A stretch of DNA of 64,000 bases from Daphnia carinata (GCF_022539665.2 NC_081333.1:11780001-11844000); one strand, 5' to 3'. Positions 12,101 through 28,132 are shown, counted from the first letter of the stretch. Notes: generated by a model from the letters alone, not told the origin. Numbers and translations: made by a program.

Positions 12101-12730
12101 TAAGGTATGTTGTTTTGATGTTCTGTTATTTCAGGTTCGTTAATCTTTCCGTGCTGATCTAGGTCGCTTCAACAGAAAATGGAATTATCTTTGGAAATAT
12201 AGTCTACGATGTGACTGGTTCGACGTCAGACCGAAACGTTGTTGTTCTCAATGACATTCATATCGATATTATGGATTACATAATGCCTGCCAGCTGTACT
12301 GACGCCGAGTTCCGCCAGATGTGGGCTGATTTTGAGTGGGAAAACAAAGTCACTGTTAACACCAACATCAATGATCTAAATCTCTACTTGCAACATCTGC
12401 TCAAGTAAGTAGGGGGTAAGATTTTTGCTTTACCTAGCTTAACTTAACTTGTAATTTTCTTGTTTGTGTAGATCGACAAATATGAAGTGCCTGACTCCAG
12501 AGAAGGCTTTGGCCGGTGATTGTGGATTCATGGCAGCCAACTTGTATGCTCGTTCGGTCTTTGGAGAAGATGCGTTAGCTAATCTCAGTCTAGAGAAACC
12601 GTTTGGTAAACCTGACGCGCCAGTCACCGGACACATTCGAATTCGAGCTAAGAGTCAAGGAATGGCCCTTAGCCTTGGCGACAAAATTAACACAATTCAA
12701 AAGGCTTCAGTAAAACATGTTGTGGCTTAA
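9162..12730 (+). CDS. COPB1: Coatomer subunit beta (beta-COP), 11 coding exons
   Basis: Hallmark motifs [99 protein letters not shown]. Short GT-AG introns with consistent phases. Confidence 0.98.
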
Positions 12731-13040
12731 ATGTAACCGCAGTATTCTTCACGGTTGCTTCCAAAATTTCATTCATTCTTTGATTCAATATTATTCCCAA
12801 ATTAAAATGTCTATTTGTTGCAAATGTTTTCTCTCATCTACATTCTTTTAGGAATACGTGGAATGCAGTTGTTGATTAGTTTTTCATCATCAATATAACA
12901 GTGGGCTATGTTATATTAAAATGTTGTTCACAATCGCTCTTTCCTTCAAAATAATTAATAAGCGCGACATATTTTCATAGTGACAACCAAATGAAACGAA
13001 AACTAGCATACTTGTGCACGGCTTTCGAAAGTGCTTTTCA

Positions 13041-14178
13041 TTAAAATGGTACCATCTCTTTGCTATCTCCATTAGTTCCTTTGTCGTTCAACGGGATTTC
13101 GTCATTACCATTTACAGCAGACTCCTACGCAATTGTAAAAACAACATATGAGTATGGCGAATTTGAACATCTGAATTTACATTACTTGCTCGACTAGCAG
13201 TTTTGGATGGTCCATTTGTTCAGGATACAACCAAGGTTTGAAGCCTGGACTATGTAATTGTTTCCATTCTAAATATCCTCGGCAAGCTTTATGCAAAGTT
13301 TTCATCATCTGAGGTAGCAGGAATAGAATAATTAATAACTTTCACTTCTTACAGCTACTTCTAACATCCACCACATTACCTTGGGGGCGAAATACTGGGT
13401 GCCTTTATTCACAGCCCAAGTAGGGATTGCTCCCCGTGGATCCGTTGCCGATACATAGGCAAGCGTTAGGCCCTTGGATTTTCCTGGCAAGGGTTCGATA
13501 ACGTAGCCTGTTTATCGAAAAAGTCATTACGATAGAATTAAGATATTATATACTATACGAATAAAAAAGAAAAACCTGTAATGTGGGATACTCCTCTGAT
13601 GAAGTATTTTTTGGGTGGAAGGTCCTTGTGAGTTACGGAATGGTTCAAGATAGAAATTTTCTTGGGTGTGGCTAACCACGAACGCTGAAGGACGAAATCG
13701 CGGTTTTGAATTGGTGGTGGACACGACACTATATCAAGCAAGCTGTTGTAACTTTGAACCACTTTCTCTCACATGCCAAAATACTTACTGGCATAATAAC
13801 CAACATCATTATTTGGATTAATATAGCCTATGGTGTAAGATGCAACCATACATGTATCCCACACAGGTCTGTACTCTCCATCCATTAAGAGGTCAAACAA
13901 TAGCCACATATCAACATCAGGGAATGTTGTTTTCACCTAAAGAATAAAAAATAACCAATAATAAATGACCAACGCTTACTTGCCTATACTTTTTGGAGTA
14001 AAATCATTTATTATTTTAACCTTACTTTGACAATTTTTAAGTCTGTGCTGTTTGAGTGTTTGCTCCACACGTTGATTTCTTCATGTTGATATTCCAATTT
14101 CCAAGAGTTATCTGATACCATTTGCCAAAGTTTCTCAAAATCTTCATCAGCTGTAACTTGAATCATGCCAACCTCCAT
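13041..14178 (-). CDS. STARD10: START-domain protein, STARD10/PCTP-like, 6 coding exons
   Basis: Spliced product [14 protein letters not shown]...[15 protein letters not shown]...[29 protein letters not shown]...[12 protein letters not shown]...[13 protein letters not shown]...[26 protein letters not shown]. These motifs are typical of STARD10. Stop TAA at 13043-13041. Confidence 0.92.
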
Positions 14179-15168
14179 CTTAAGAAATTTTTTCAATACA
14201 AATTCCTCACTGAAAATATTCATGTAGATTTAATTCACCTTGTTTGACTGTGTATGCCCAAAATTTGGATGTCGCAGAAGGACGTTGCGATATGCACAAC
14301 TATTGGTATAGCTTTGATATCCACATTAACTGCTTCAATTACACATGGCTCAAATATCTGCAAACAAGAAATTAAACTCATGTTATGGCTCTCTCGCATA
14401 GAAGTAAATTAGGATTCTAGTGAATGTTACCAGATACAAATGGTCCTTGTAAATGTGTTTAATCTTTTTGAAAAAGCTTAAAAGAAAACTTCATATTTAG
14501 TAACTGAGTAGAACAAGTTGCATATCAGACTTCTTTGGTTGGTCCAGTTAACAATAAGACTGCTAGCCCGCATGAATGTACGAGAAAAAGGGAATGGCCT
14601 TCTCCGTCGCTTTGGCCTTGGATTACACAATTTAGATCCCTAAGTCGGTAATCTACATCATCAACAAGCTTTCAATTGAAATGTGCGACTGCCTGCTACA
14701 TTCGTAACTTTCCTCTCCTTTTCAATGTAATTGCCAGTTGTGAATTTCAGCTGTCAGCGGGTGATGTGCGTGACGACCGACAACGGTTGAGGGAGATCTA
14801 AACAACATTATTGCAGGTTATCCCTAAACACATTTAGACAGACGTCCCAGGTTCAAAACCCTGTTATCTTATTCTCTGAACGAAGCCTTTATGTTCAATA
14901 ACTTACATAAAGTCTAATATTTCTTTAGTAACTAAAAGGTTAATCTAATAGGATGTAGGGCTTGGACTATGTTCATATTAACAAACAAATATTAACCAAT
15001 TTTGCTTCGACTGGGTCGCGATAACATGACTAACCGCTCAAAGTTCCTCAAAAATAGTTCAAATCCATTTGAAGATCTTATTGGAAAAACAAACCAAAAT
15101 TAACACAAGATTGAAGTCTAGAATAGATTGGGTCAAAGAATTTCAATAAAAGAGGAATTTCTATTGCA

Positions 15169-18101
<2,933 letters not shown>

Positions 18102-18628
18102 GTTGTTGCGATGCTTAGAGCATTTAAACACTTTTACTTAAGCGACGTCTTCTGACGTAATTCTTTTCAGAATCCTCTAGGCTCGAAGCAGACGACACAT
18201 CTTAAAAACAGAGGCCACCTCAGATCAGGGTTGTCTGCTTCTGTCCACTATTCTTGTCAGTGCCAGTTTGTTCAGCTACCTCACTCAGTTTTAGAGGCAT
18301 AATTATTTATTTTGACATTATGCTGCCTTTTTTGCCATGTAAGCATTCGGATGTAGGAGCAATAACGTTTTTGATTCTTTAAAAAAAGGTACAGCCAATT
18401 AAGTAACACGGTTTATTAATGACTGGCGAATGCGAATGCTGGGGTCATGTAAGATGTTTTTTACCAGAACGAGCACAGCCATAAGTGAATAGAACGCTAT
18501 TTAAAAAAGGCTTCCATGAGAAATGAAAAACGATGAAGGGAGCCTGATTTTGATTTCAACTCAACATAGATGTGTCGACGAATTCGTATATTTCATTAAT
18601 TGTCATCTTAGGTGGAAGACAAAAGTGG

Positions 18629-19765
18629 TTAATGAGTTTGGTCAGTGCCAGTTGACTGTGGTAGAGAAGCATAAGAACTGCAGTCAAATTCTGATTCATC
18701 ATGACTATTGGATGGTCGGAGAAGAGGTCGACGAGCAGTGCGATGCGAGCCTCGACGACGTAATCTCAATTTTTGGAATTTTTGCTGCATTAAGTCCTCT
18801 TCTGATTGAGCAACCGTTGCAGCGCTGTCATCTGGAAGTACCTCTTCGTTCAGAACTTCTTCATCTACTTCCTTGAAAAGCAGAAAGAAAAAACTGTGTA
18901 AGATATTTATTATTTGAAGTTAGCTTGTAAAGCATCCTACTAGATGGCATTGAATCTAGACATTAATCGGCTAAAAAGCGGAAAGACAAATGGAAAACCA
19001 AAATAGAAGCTGCTGGCCAAGATTGACCTCTACCGTATTTCTAAACCTTGCACGAGGGTAAAAGACGCGGAACCAAAAGACGTCGCCATGTATTGTATGA
19101 CTCAACTCCGGTAAACTTGGAAACTGTTCAGGTTATCAATCATCGTTACCTCCTCCACCGAGTCAGTAAGAAGATGAAATGAATCACGGTCTGCTTGCCT
19201 GGCATTTAGCAGGTTGATACTATTTTTGATGGAAGAAAACCTGATTTAATCTAAAAGGTGACGAATGACAAAACGAGGAGAGCATTCCTTTCGCTTGCTT
19301 CCGTTTATGTGTTTAAGACGTCAGTAGCGTCCACCAATCATAGTACTCAGCACCGCGACAGGGTTGATCACCAGCTGGATGATAAAGCAGCTGTAGAGCG
19401 GCCTCCGCAAGTTCTTAATTTAGTATGCTTGTTTTTTGTTTTGTTTTTTTAAATCTTCTTTTCTCTCTTAACTGTGTGGTTATTTAGACTACGTGTCACA
19501 TAAAGGAAGTAACAAATACAGGCCGGTACTCAACTAGAACAAAACTTCAGGGAAAAAGAAAGCATGGATATACCTTGATCTCATCGAAGGTGACGGGCTG
19601 TGTTCGATAACGCCCAATAGCTCCGGCTGATGGCTGTGCCTCCCGATACAGAAATCTCCGCTGGTTGCGCCGACCCGAAGTTCCGTCGGCAGCACCGCGA
19701 TGTAGCCGTGATATGTGCTCCGGGAAAACGGCGTCTACCTCTTTTCTAAACTCTTGGCAAGCCAT
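18629..19765 (-). CDS. C11orf96/DUF4695-like small protein, 2 exons, 144 aa
   Basis: Exon 19765-19574 (64 codons, ends RYRTQPVTFDEIK, donor GTATAT) splices in phase 0 to exon 18871-18629 (EVDEEV...QTH-stop). The joined motif RYRTQPVTFDEIKEVDEE matches, from recall, human C11orf96 RFKTQPVTFDEIQEVEEE. AATAAA on the minus strand at 18417-18412. Confidence 0.8.
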
Positions 19766-21143
19766 TTCATCTGACCAGGTCTGACAGTCTGATGATGCGT
19801 TACCAGTTTTTTCCTCCCGGCAGTCCTCTCTAAGTTTCACGACTCTCGCGTCTTCCCAAAATATCACGCGAGTATCACGCTATAACGCTTTCCGAATTTT
19901 CACCAAAATTTCTCCTGCTTGAACAGACGTGAAGTACTGGTCTTCAGTTAAAAGATTTAAAACACAAAATTTGTTTATCAAATGTCTCCGACAAGCATAG
20001 AAACGTGATCGATGCGTGCCAGACCAAAGTTTTGCGAAGAGTGACTGCCCAATTTGGGAACACCTTCTAAGTTTCAGAGTATTACAACATCCCTGTCAAT
20101 ACTGAATCATTTCAGAATTATTGATAAGCGAAAGCAATCTGCTGATATGGTACTGAATCATTATTTCAATATTGACGTTGGGTATCAGAATCGTGTCACA
20201 AACTAGACAATTGGATCTCGCCAAACTTTGACGGCCACTTCTGCAAAATGTTTAAAGTACGAACAAAATTTTGAATGAAAGTATAGTGGTTCAACGATTC
20301 TTGTAACTTAACGCTTAAAAGAAACCAAAGCTAGACTGTATATACACCATCAGTAACCTCTACATCAATTCCAAATCTCATACAGAAATAGACGGTGACT
20401 GTTTATACGGCAAGAATCAAAGGTGGCCTATTGTGAAATCAAACTCCAATCGGAGATTGAATTAGCAATTTGCTTTCTTCACTCACTTTAAGACTAATCA
20501 CGAACAGCGAAGCACAGTAGTGTAGAGAAACGTAAGTCAGTGGAATAAATAACGGTGCTTCTGTTTACGATAAACTTATTCCTACAACGGGTTAACAAAT
20601 CGTAGATGCAAGCACCGTCACTTTCACACTAGCAAGCAACAGCTCTTTGCGTAAGTAGAAGAGAAGCAGCAGCAGCTGGAACACGACTGTTACTGCAAAG
20701 AAACTTGGACGCCGAGTTGAGAAAGAAGGGGGTTTCAGAAGCAACGGCGCAATCGGTTCTATTCTTAAAATAAGACGCACCGCGGTGACTTGGGAGCCTT
20801 ATGCTGGGTATCGGAGCTCGCACGATAGTAGAGCAAAAAACCATGACACAGACCGACTGGTATCATATGGTTAATTAAAAGTCAATCTCAGCAAATCAAT
20901 TTCACGAAAATAGAATGAAATACAACAGCCCCGCGATTCATGGCCACTTTAGATTGCCTAGGATTACTAACTGGCTAATACTAGCTCCACCAAATCTGAG
21001 CTACTATTGAGGAAAGATAAACTATTTACATAACAGATTATTAATTAGAGAAATGTTCTGTATTCACATCAAAAGTTGGAGTGGAATTATGCTATCAGTC
21101 AGTTGGCTGAATGACATATTAAAACCATGCCAAAGACCTGTTA

Positions 21144-21272
<129 letters not shown>

Positions 21273-21502
21273 TTAACAGATCACTTAAATCATAGTTGGC
21301 AATTATAACACTTGATTGAAAGTATAAAAGATAGTTTCATTATTTTATTATTAATTTACAATTTTCACTTGTGCTGTTTGTTATAGACTTTTTTGTATGT
21401 TTCGTTTGGCATTCATTCTCATTAAACAACTGTTACTTCAAGTCATAGCAGCACGTTTCTCTTTTTATTCTAGGACTTGTGAAAAAGACGACAAAGTAGT
21501 TA

Positions 21503-21664
<162 letters not shown>

Positions 21665-22233
21665 TCACTGGTAAAACAATAACTTCAATTGAATTACCGG
21701 AACTTCGGTTTATCAAAAACGAATCAAACGAAAAATACACGCTGACACGAGCGTCGGCAGAAAATTCATGAAATTGCTTTCGTCTGCTGTGTGCTGACGC
21801 TGAATAGAATAAGCAGGAACCACAAACTTACTAAACATTAAAACAATTAATTTCAATGAATTATACGTAGGAATATAGAATATTTGCATATCTGGAACTC
21901 GTTAAATCTGGTAAGTATGATATTTCTAAAAATCAAAAATAGAATTAACGGAAATCAAATTTTGACATTTATCAATTTATGTATTCGACTATAGACACCA
22001 GGGGCGCCAGAGATGATGTTTTGCGCCGATTTCAATTGGTTCTCACCTGATAGTTGTTTTCACCCGATATCTATCTCTTTGACCGTGTTACTTTCGACGG
22101 TTCAAAGGTATGCTTGATTAATTGATATAGCTTTCCTCTATCGAATTAGACCGACTGTGGTATACTTGAAATATTGATTTCCTAGATCAGGTCATTTGGT
22201 TAGTGATCATTAGTAACTGCAAACCTACAAATT

Positions 22234-24871
22234 ATGGCGACTAGAAATACGACCCAGATACTGACACGTCTTCGCAGTTTAATGAAAGATACTTCTGTCG
22301 TAACAGAAGCTATTCAAGCTTACATAGTACCTTCTGGAGATGCACATCAGGTGGGATAATACCTCTTTTCTGTCATGTTGCATATGTTTTAAAATCTCCA
22401 AAATAGCTATATGATTTTTTCAAAAATGTTTTCTTATTTTTTTTAGAATGAGTATATAGCTGACAGTGACCAACGCAGAGCTTTTGTCTCTGGATTTACT
22501 GGTTCAGCCGGCACTGCTGTCATTACTGAAACGGAGGCATGTCTGTGGACTGATGGACGTTATTTCAATCAGGCTGAAAAACAGTTAGATTCAAATTGGA
22601 CACTTATGAAAGAAGGTACTGTTTATGTCTTTTTTTAAATTATTTTTTTTATTTTATGCATTTTCTATTTTGTTAATTTCTCAAGGTATACCCACTACTC
22701 CAACTCAAGGAGCTTGGCTTGCTAAGACATTACCAGTGGGATCAAGAGTTGGTGTGGATCCAAGACTGTTTTCTAAAGACCAATGGACTCCTCTATCCAA
22801 AACTTTGAAATCTTCTGGCCATATCCTAGTTCCAGTGGAACGGAATATCGTAGACGCCATTTGGGATGAGAAGCCTTCACGTCCATCTCACGTTATTCAA
22901 CCTCTAGCAATAAAATACACTGGTAGGATTGGTTTTAACTAACGCTTCATAAACAAACCTTGATCATTTTTTAATGGTTTTGTTATTGTTCTCCAGGTAA
23001 ATCATGGCAGGACAAAGTTAAAGATGTCATTAAAGAGATGGGTACCAAAAACTGTTCCCTGCTGCTGCTAACGGCTCTGGACGATATTGCTTGTACGTAA
23101 AAGTAAATGTATCTGATAACTGAAGCATAATGGTTGGTCTACTTTTATTTATTTAGGGTTGCTAAACTTACGTGGCACCGACATCCAATACAATCCCGTA
23201 TTCTTCTCGTGGGTACTGGTCAAAACGAATGGAGAAATTCATTTGTTTGTCGATCCATCTAAAGTGACATCTGCGGTGAAAGAGCATTTAAATCTGAAGG
23301 CTGATGTCGAAATGAAAGAACATACATCTTCCCCAACCACCGACACTGTGTTGGCTGTTCTACATCCGTGTGAGGATGTTGACGGTTTTTTGGCCGCCGA
23401 AGTACATATATTAGTAATCATACCTAGAAACACGTCTCACTTGTTTTGTTTGCTTTTCGCTTTTTTTTTGTGAATTCGGCGTCAGATTCCACAACAACCA
23501 AAAAAGGTCTGGATAAGCGATAAAAGTGCAGTTGCATTTTCCAATCTAGTTCCCGAAGAATTGCTTTGCGGCGATGTGTCGCCTGTTGTTTTTATGAAAG
23601 CAATCAAGAATCCAGTAGAAATGGCAGGTATTATGCATTTGAGAATTGATGATTTCAATCATTACTACCGACCAATTTTTTTTTATTAATGCGAATCCAG
23701 GCATGGAAAATGCACATATCAAAGACGCAGCTGCCCTTTGTTGTTTCTTTGCTTGGTTGGAAAAAGAAGTCGAATCCCAACGACCAGTTACGGAAATATC
23801 TGCGGCTGACAAACTTGCTGGATTTCGTGCTGAGCAAACCGATTTCGTCGGGTTGAGTTTTGATACGATAAGCTCCTCTGGTTCCAATGCCGCCATAATC
23901 CACTATAAACCAAGTCCCGATACGGATCGCCCTATCACGAACCGCGAAATTTATCTTTGCGATTCGGGTGGCCAGTACAAGGATGGAACAACCGATGTGA
24001 CTCGCACAGTTCATTTTGGTGTGCCAACACATTTCGAACGCCAATGCTTCACCCGCGTCCTGAAAGGTCAAACGAATCTGGCCACTTGCCTTTTCCCATC
24101 CAAAATTAAAGTAAACTTGCGGATGTTTGTATACATTAAAAACAAAAGCAAAATTTCTCTTAATAATTTAAGCGACTTTAACAGGGCAACGTTTTAGACG
24201 TTTTGGCACGCAAGGCATTGTGGGACGTCGGTCTCGATTATCTTCATGGCACGAGTCACGGAGTGGGCCACTACCTCTGCGTTCATGAAGGCCCAATGGG
24301 GATTTCTTGGAGAGTTTACCCCGATGACCCGGTATGTTTATTTATTTGCGTGTACTGCTTTGTTTTTTGTCCGATTTGGAGAAACTTCTTCAATAGTGAC
24401 AATAAATCATTTTACCTGACAGGGATTGAGCGAAAACATGGTGCTTTCGAATGAACCGGGATTTTATCAAGATGGAGACTTCGGTATCCGCATCGAGAAT
24501 TTGGTCAAAATCGTGCCAGCTAATCCCGAAAACAATTTCAAAGATCGCAAATTTTGCACTTTTGAAAACCTGACCTTTGTACCGATCCAGAAAAAAATGT
24601 AACCTTTGCTTCTACGCTTTATCAATGTCTTTAAAGCCAAAGTCGTTTATTTTTCGTAGGATTATCACGGAGATGTTGACAAAAGAAGAGGCATAAATCA
24701 CCTTACGTTCGTACAATTCCATAGTATTAATGAAACCGTTCTTCTTTTTCAGGTTGCTTACATCGACCAATACCATACCCAGTGTCGTGATAAAGTTGCT
24801 CCGCTGCTACAAAAATGGGTAAAAAGGAAGCCTTGGATTGGCTGATGAGAGAAACTGAACCTTTGGTCTAA
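22234..24871 (+). CDS. XPNPEP1: Xaa-Pro aminopeptidase 1 (aminopeptidase P, M24B), multi-exon; last exon frameshifted at 24811-24815
   Basis: [100 protein letters not shown] (metal-ligand motifs of M24 peptidases). Confidence 0.97.
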
Positions 24872-27398
24872 GAGACAACGTCACAGTTCTTGAATTATAA
24901 TTGAAATTTAATTATTCATTGTATTTTGCGTCCGGATCTCGGAGGTCTACTGCAAAGTACAAAACAGGAGTTCAAGATTATTTTGATATTTTAGGGTAAA
25001 GAAAAATTAACTGCTGAATAAAAACAGGTTATGAAAATTCTTAAATTTTTCATCCTATTAGTCAATAGTGGCCAAGTAATTCAATATTTTTAATTCAAGT
25101 TGTATGGGGCTAAGGGAACATTAAGTAGCCTTGTCCAGGTAATATGTAAATTTAACAGTCATTACCTGCGGCACTACTACTTAGCGACCTCGTAACCAAA
25201 AGAATATTCTTCGTTTGCTTTTTCCACGCATCTCACCTGTGAAATAAGCGGCCAGATTAACTCTTTGCAAAGCGATTAAGAGGAAACGAGAGCACATGGA
25301 GAACTGTTCGACAGAACCACCGAAAGCAGAATGTGCCACGTTGTCTCTCAATGCTGCCAACTAAAATGAAGGCGGAATCGTTTTTCACAGGAGAGAGTGA
25401 TGTACTGGAGCCGCCAATAATGCAATACATGTACGACAGAGAGCCCACAGATGTGTGGTGGCAGTTTGAGGGTCCGTGCAAGTGTGCATTACTCATCCCC
25501 CTGCTTCTGTCCTTTTCCCTCCACTCTCTGTACAATACCGCGCGCGATGTAGCCCACATCAGTTTTAGGCATCTCTATATGGTTCATTCCGGCCAAACAC
25601 CTGCCCCTTTCAACCTCCTCCCTTTTCAGCGGCCTCTCCAACCTCTCTATTTCTCCCCCTTTTCACCCGTTACAAAAACACATTGACAGTCGTTTTGACC
25701 GTTCTTTTGTATTCACGATTAAAAAGACCTATTATACCCCCAACCGAGAGAGAATGCTTTGACTAGGGATGGCCAGTTTGCTACTCTCCCTTATCCTATC
25801 ACGAGTGGTTTTCCGCTTAATTGAATTCCACTTACCATTTTTAAAACTCCAAATGAATAGCTTTTTCTGTTTTTGCCGTCGATTACGAACGTTTAAAAAC
25901 ACTAGATCGATACTCGTCAAATCTAACGCATTGGCTTTTGGAACCAGTCGTCATCGTTGACGAAAGACTGAACGTTGCGCAGAATCAATATTATTCGGCA
26001 CACCTGTACAGGTGTGCGAAGTTGCGAGAGAAAAATGTGTACCCACGTCAACGTCAGAGTAGTTGCATGGGGAAAAGAAACGGAAAAATATGGAGAGCAG
26101 AACATGTGAGCCAACAGCGCTGCTTGTCTGTATATATCGACCGCTCCCCTGCCAAATGAAATCGAATCTAGGCTCTTTCCCTTTCCCTCAATCATAATCG
26201 ATAAATAAAACCAACCACAAAAGAAAAAAGAGAAAAAGATTACCCACATCTGCTTGTCCGTCCTTGCTATAACGTTTATGTAGTCTCCTGTGTGATACTG
26301 CCCAAGTTGCATTTTTGTGAACTTTGCATTGAAAAGATCGTAATCGACTGGGCCGTTGCAACGGTCACAAAATCCGCTATGAAATGTACGCCCGTGCGTC
26401 AAGAGGTCCCCTGTATATGAAGATTGGTTGGAAAGATCGTACGGGGTTTTCAACCACATTTTCATTTGTGATAGCAAAGAGTCAGACACTCCAAAGGTCC
26501 ACTTAACAGGCCTATAGTCATATACTTATTGTTTGTAGCTTACAACTGTTTCGGACGTATAGGATGGGGTTTAGGTAAACTTTTTTGACTATGTATACAA
26601 TGGATAATTTTTTTACAGACTAGTCAGATGTTAAATTGAATATTACAAGCATAGTAAGTATGTGGCACGTTGACGTGCTACCAAAATGGCACCTGGACGC
26701 AATTTACACGCATGGAAAATGGCAGTGCGCCATTTATTTTTATATGGTTTAATATGTTGCTATATTAAAAAAGAGACAGCAGTTGGTGATAACCCCTAAT
26801 TTTTACAGTTGTAAAGTACAGTATATCACATTTCTTTTGACAATAGGTTCTTACCGTGCAACAAACGGGGTGAAATACTAACCTCATTAAACGCAAGCGA
26901 TATTGAATACAAACTAGCTGTTTTGTTCTCTATTGTGACGCTTTACTTAGCAAATGAAAATAGCCTGTCAAATCTATTCTATTATGCATAGACAGTATGA
27001 CAAGCAACACTATGGTACGTAGCAGTGTTTGAATTGCGGTCAATTGGAAATCGGAAAGGGAAATCGTTCGCCTTTTTAGCAAGCAACCTATGCCTGCTCG
27101 CCTGAAAATTTAAAAATGGAAATCCGTAGACTGAGCTGCTATTCAATTCGAAAACAAACTTTCGTTTTATCAATGAAAATTGGAACAAATCTCTGTAAAT
27201 CAAACAATGCCTAATTAAATAAGAAATAGGAATCAGATGATCTGCTAAGTTTTCCGCGATATCTTTTTGAATTACCGATTGCGCTTTCTCCCACCTTACT
27301 GGTGGGTATGCTGTAGTCGTTGTGTAACAAAGCAAATGGGGGAAAGTGCTATGCCTTGAATCAGTTTACCGTCTACTGGATGCAAACGAATGAAACTC

Positions 27399-27431
27399 TA
27401 TTTAAACGTTCTGCAAATTGGGTCTATCATT
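27399..27431 (+). promoter_or_regulatory. TATA-like box and initiator of the Gly-rich gene
   Basis: TATTTAAA at 27399-27406 and Inr-like TCATT at 27427-27431 (about 30 bp spacing), about 45 bp before the ATG at 27473. Confidence 0.5.
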
Positions 27432-27472
27432 ATTCAGTGCTCACTTGCAATTCGAGATACACAATCTTCATT

Positions 27473-28132
27473 ATGGTTGCCAGGAATACCACAATCGTTT
27501 GCCTTGTAAGTATTCTTCAAATCTATTAATTAATACACTACTAAATAATTTTTAATCAAATTAACTGCGGTGACTAAGAGAATTTTCTGTTCGTTCAGGC
27601 TGTCGTTCTTTGCTTGGCTTGTGCAGTGCAAGCCGGTACTCCTCTTGTTGGATATGGAAGTAACACCTTTAACGAAATCTTTTCCACTGGATTCCAGAAT
27701 GGTCTAGGAGGCTATGGAGCTGGGTAATACCACATCTGATTACTGCAAACATTAAAAGTTTAAAATTACCGATACTTTTATCCCCTTACACCTTTTTTAG
27801 CACCGTTGCCGGAGCCATTGGCGCCTACGGTCAGTTCACTGGCATTGGAACTGTCGGAATTGGTAAGCAACAACAACAACAAAAATTTTTTTCATGCCAA
27901 AATTTTGAGAATCTAACACAACTTATTCCTATCTAGGCCAAGCTCTTACAGCAGGAAAAGGTTACAACCCCACAGCTGGCGGTGGTAATGATCCCACCTT
28001 TGTTTCCCAACTTAGCTTATATAGCTTGTTAATGTCAGGATTTATTTTTTAATGTTCTAATACTATTTTTTAGGTTCCGGTGGCAGCGGATTTGGCGGCT
28101 TTGGACCAGGACAGACTGGTAGCTACCATTAA
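27473..28132 (+). CDS. Small secreted glycine-rich protein, 5 exons, 108 aa (not in the ORF track)
   Basis: Exons 27473-27505, 27599-27723, 27801-27862, 27937-27984, 28074-28132, all GT-AG and in phase (327 nt). Product MVARNTTIVCLAVVLCLACAVQA-GTPLVGYGSNTFNEIFSTGFQNGLGGYGAGTVAGAIGAYGQFTGIGTVGIGQALTAGKGYNPTAGGGSGGSGFGGFGPGQTGSYH. Confidence 0.88.

Noticed and set aside
18523..18876. 117-aa plus-strand ORF
   Set aside because: Antisense to exon 2 of the C11orf96-like gene.
22012..22107. Possible N-terminal extension exon for XPNPEP1
   Set aside because: Both nearby acceptors lead to in-frame stops before the ATG at 22234; at most a leader exon or uORF.
25923..26489. 188-aa minus-strand ORF
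   Set aside because: Non-ATG start in the track, runs through low-complexity T-rich sequence, no motif recognised and no supported exon chain.
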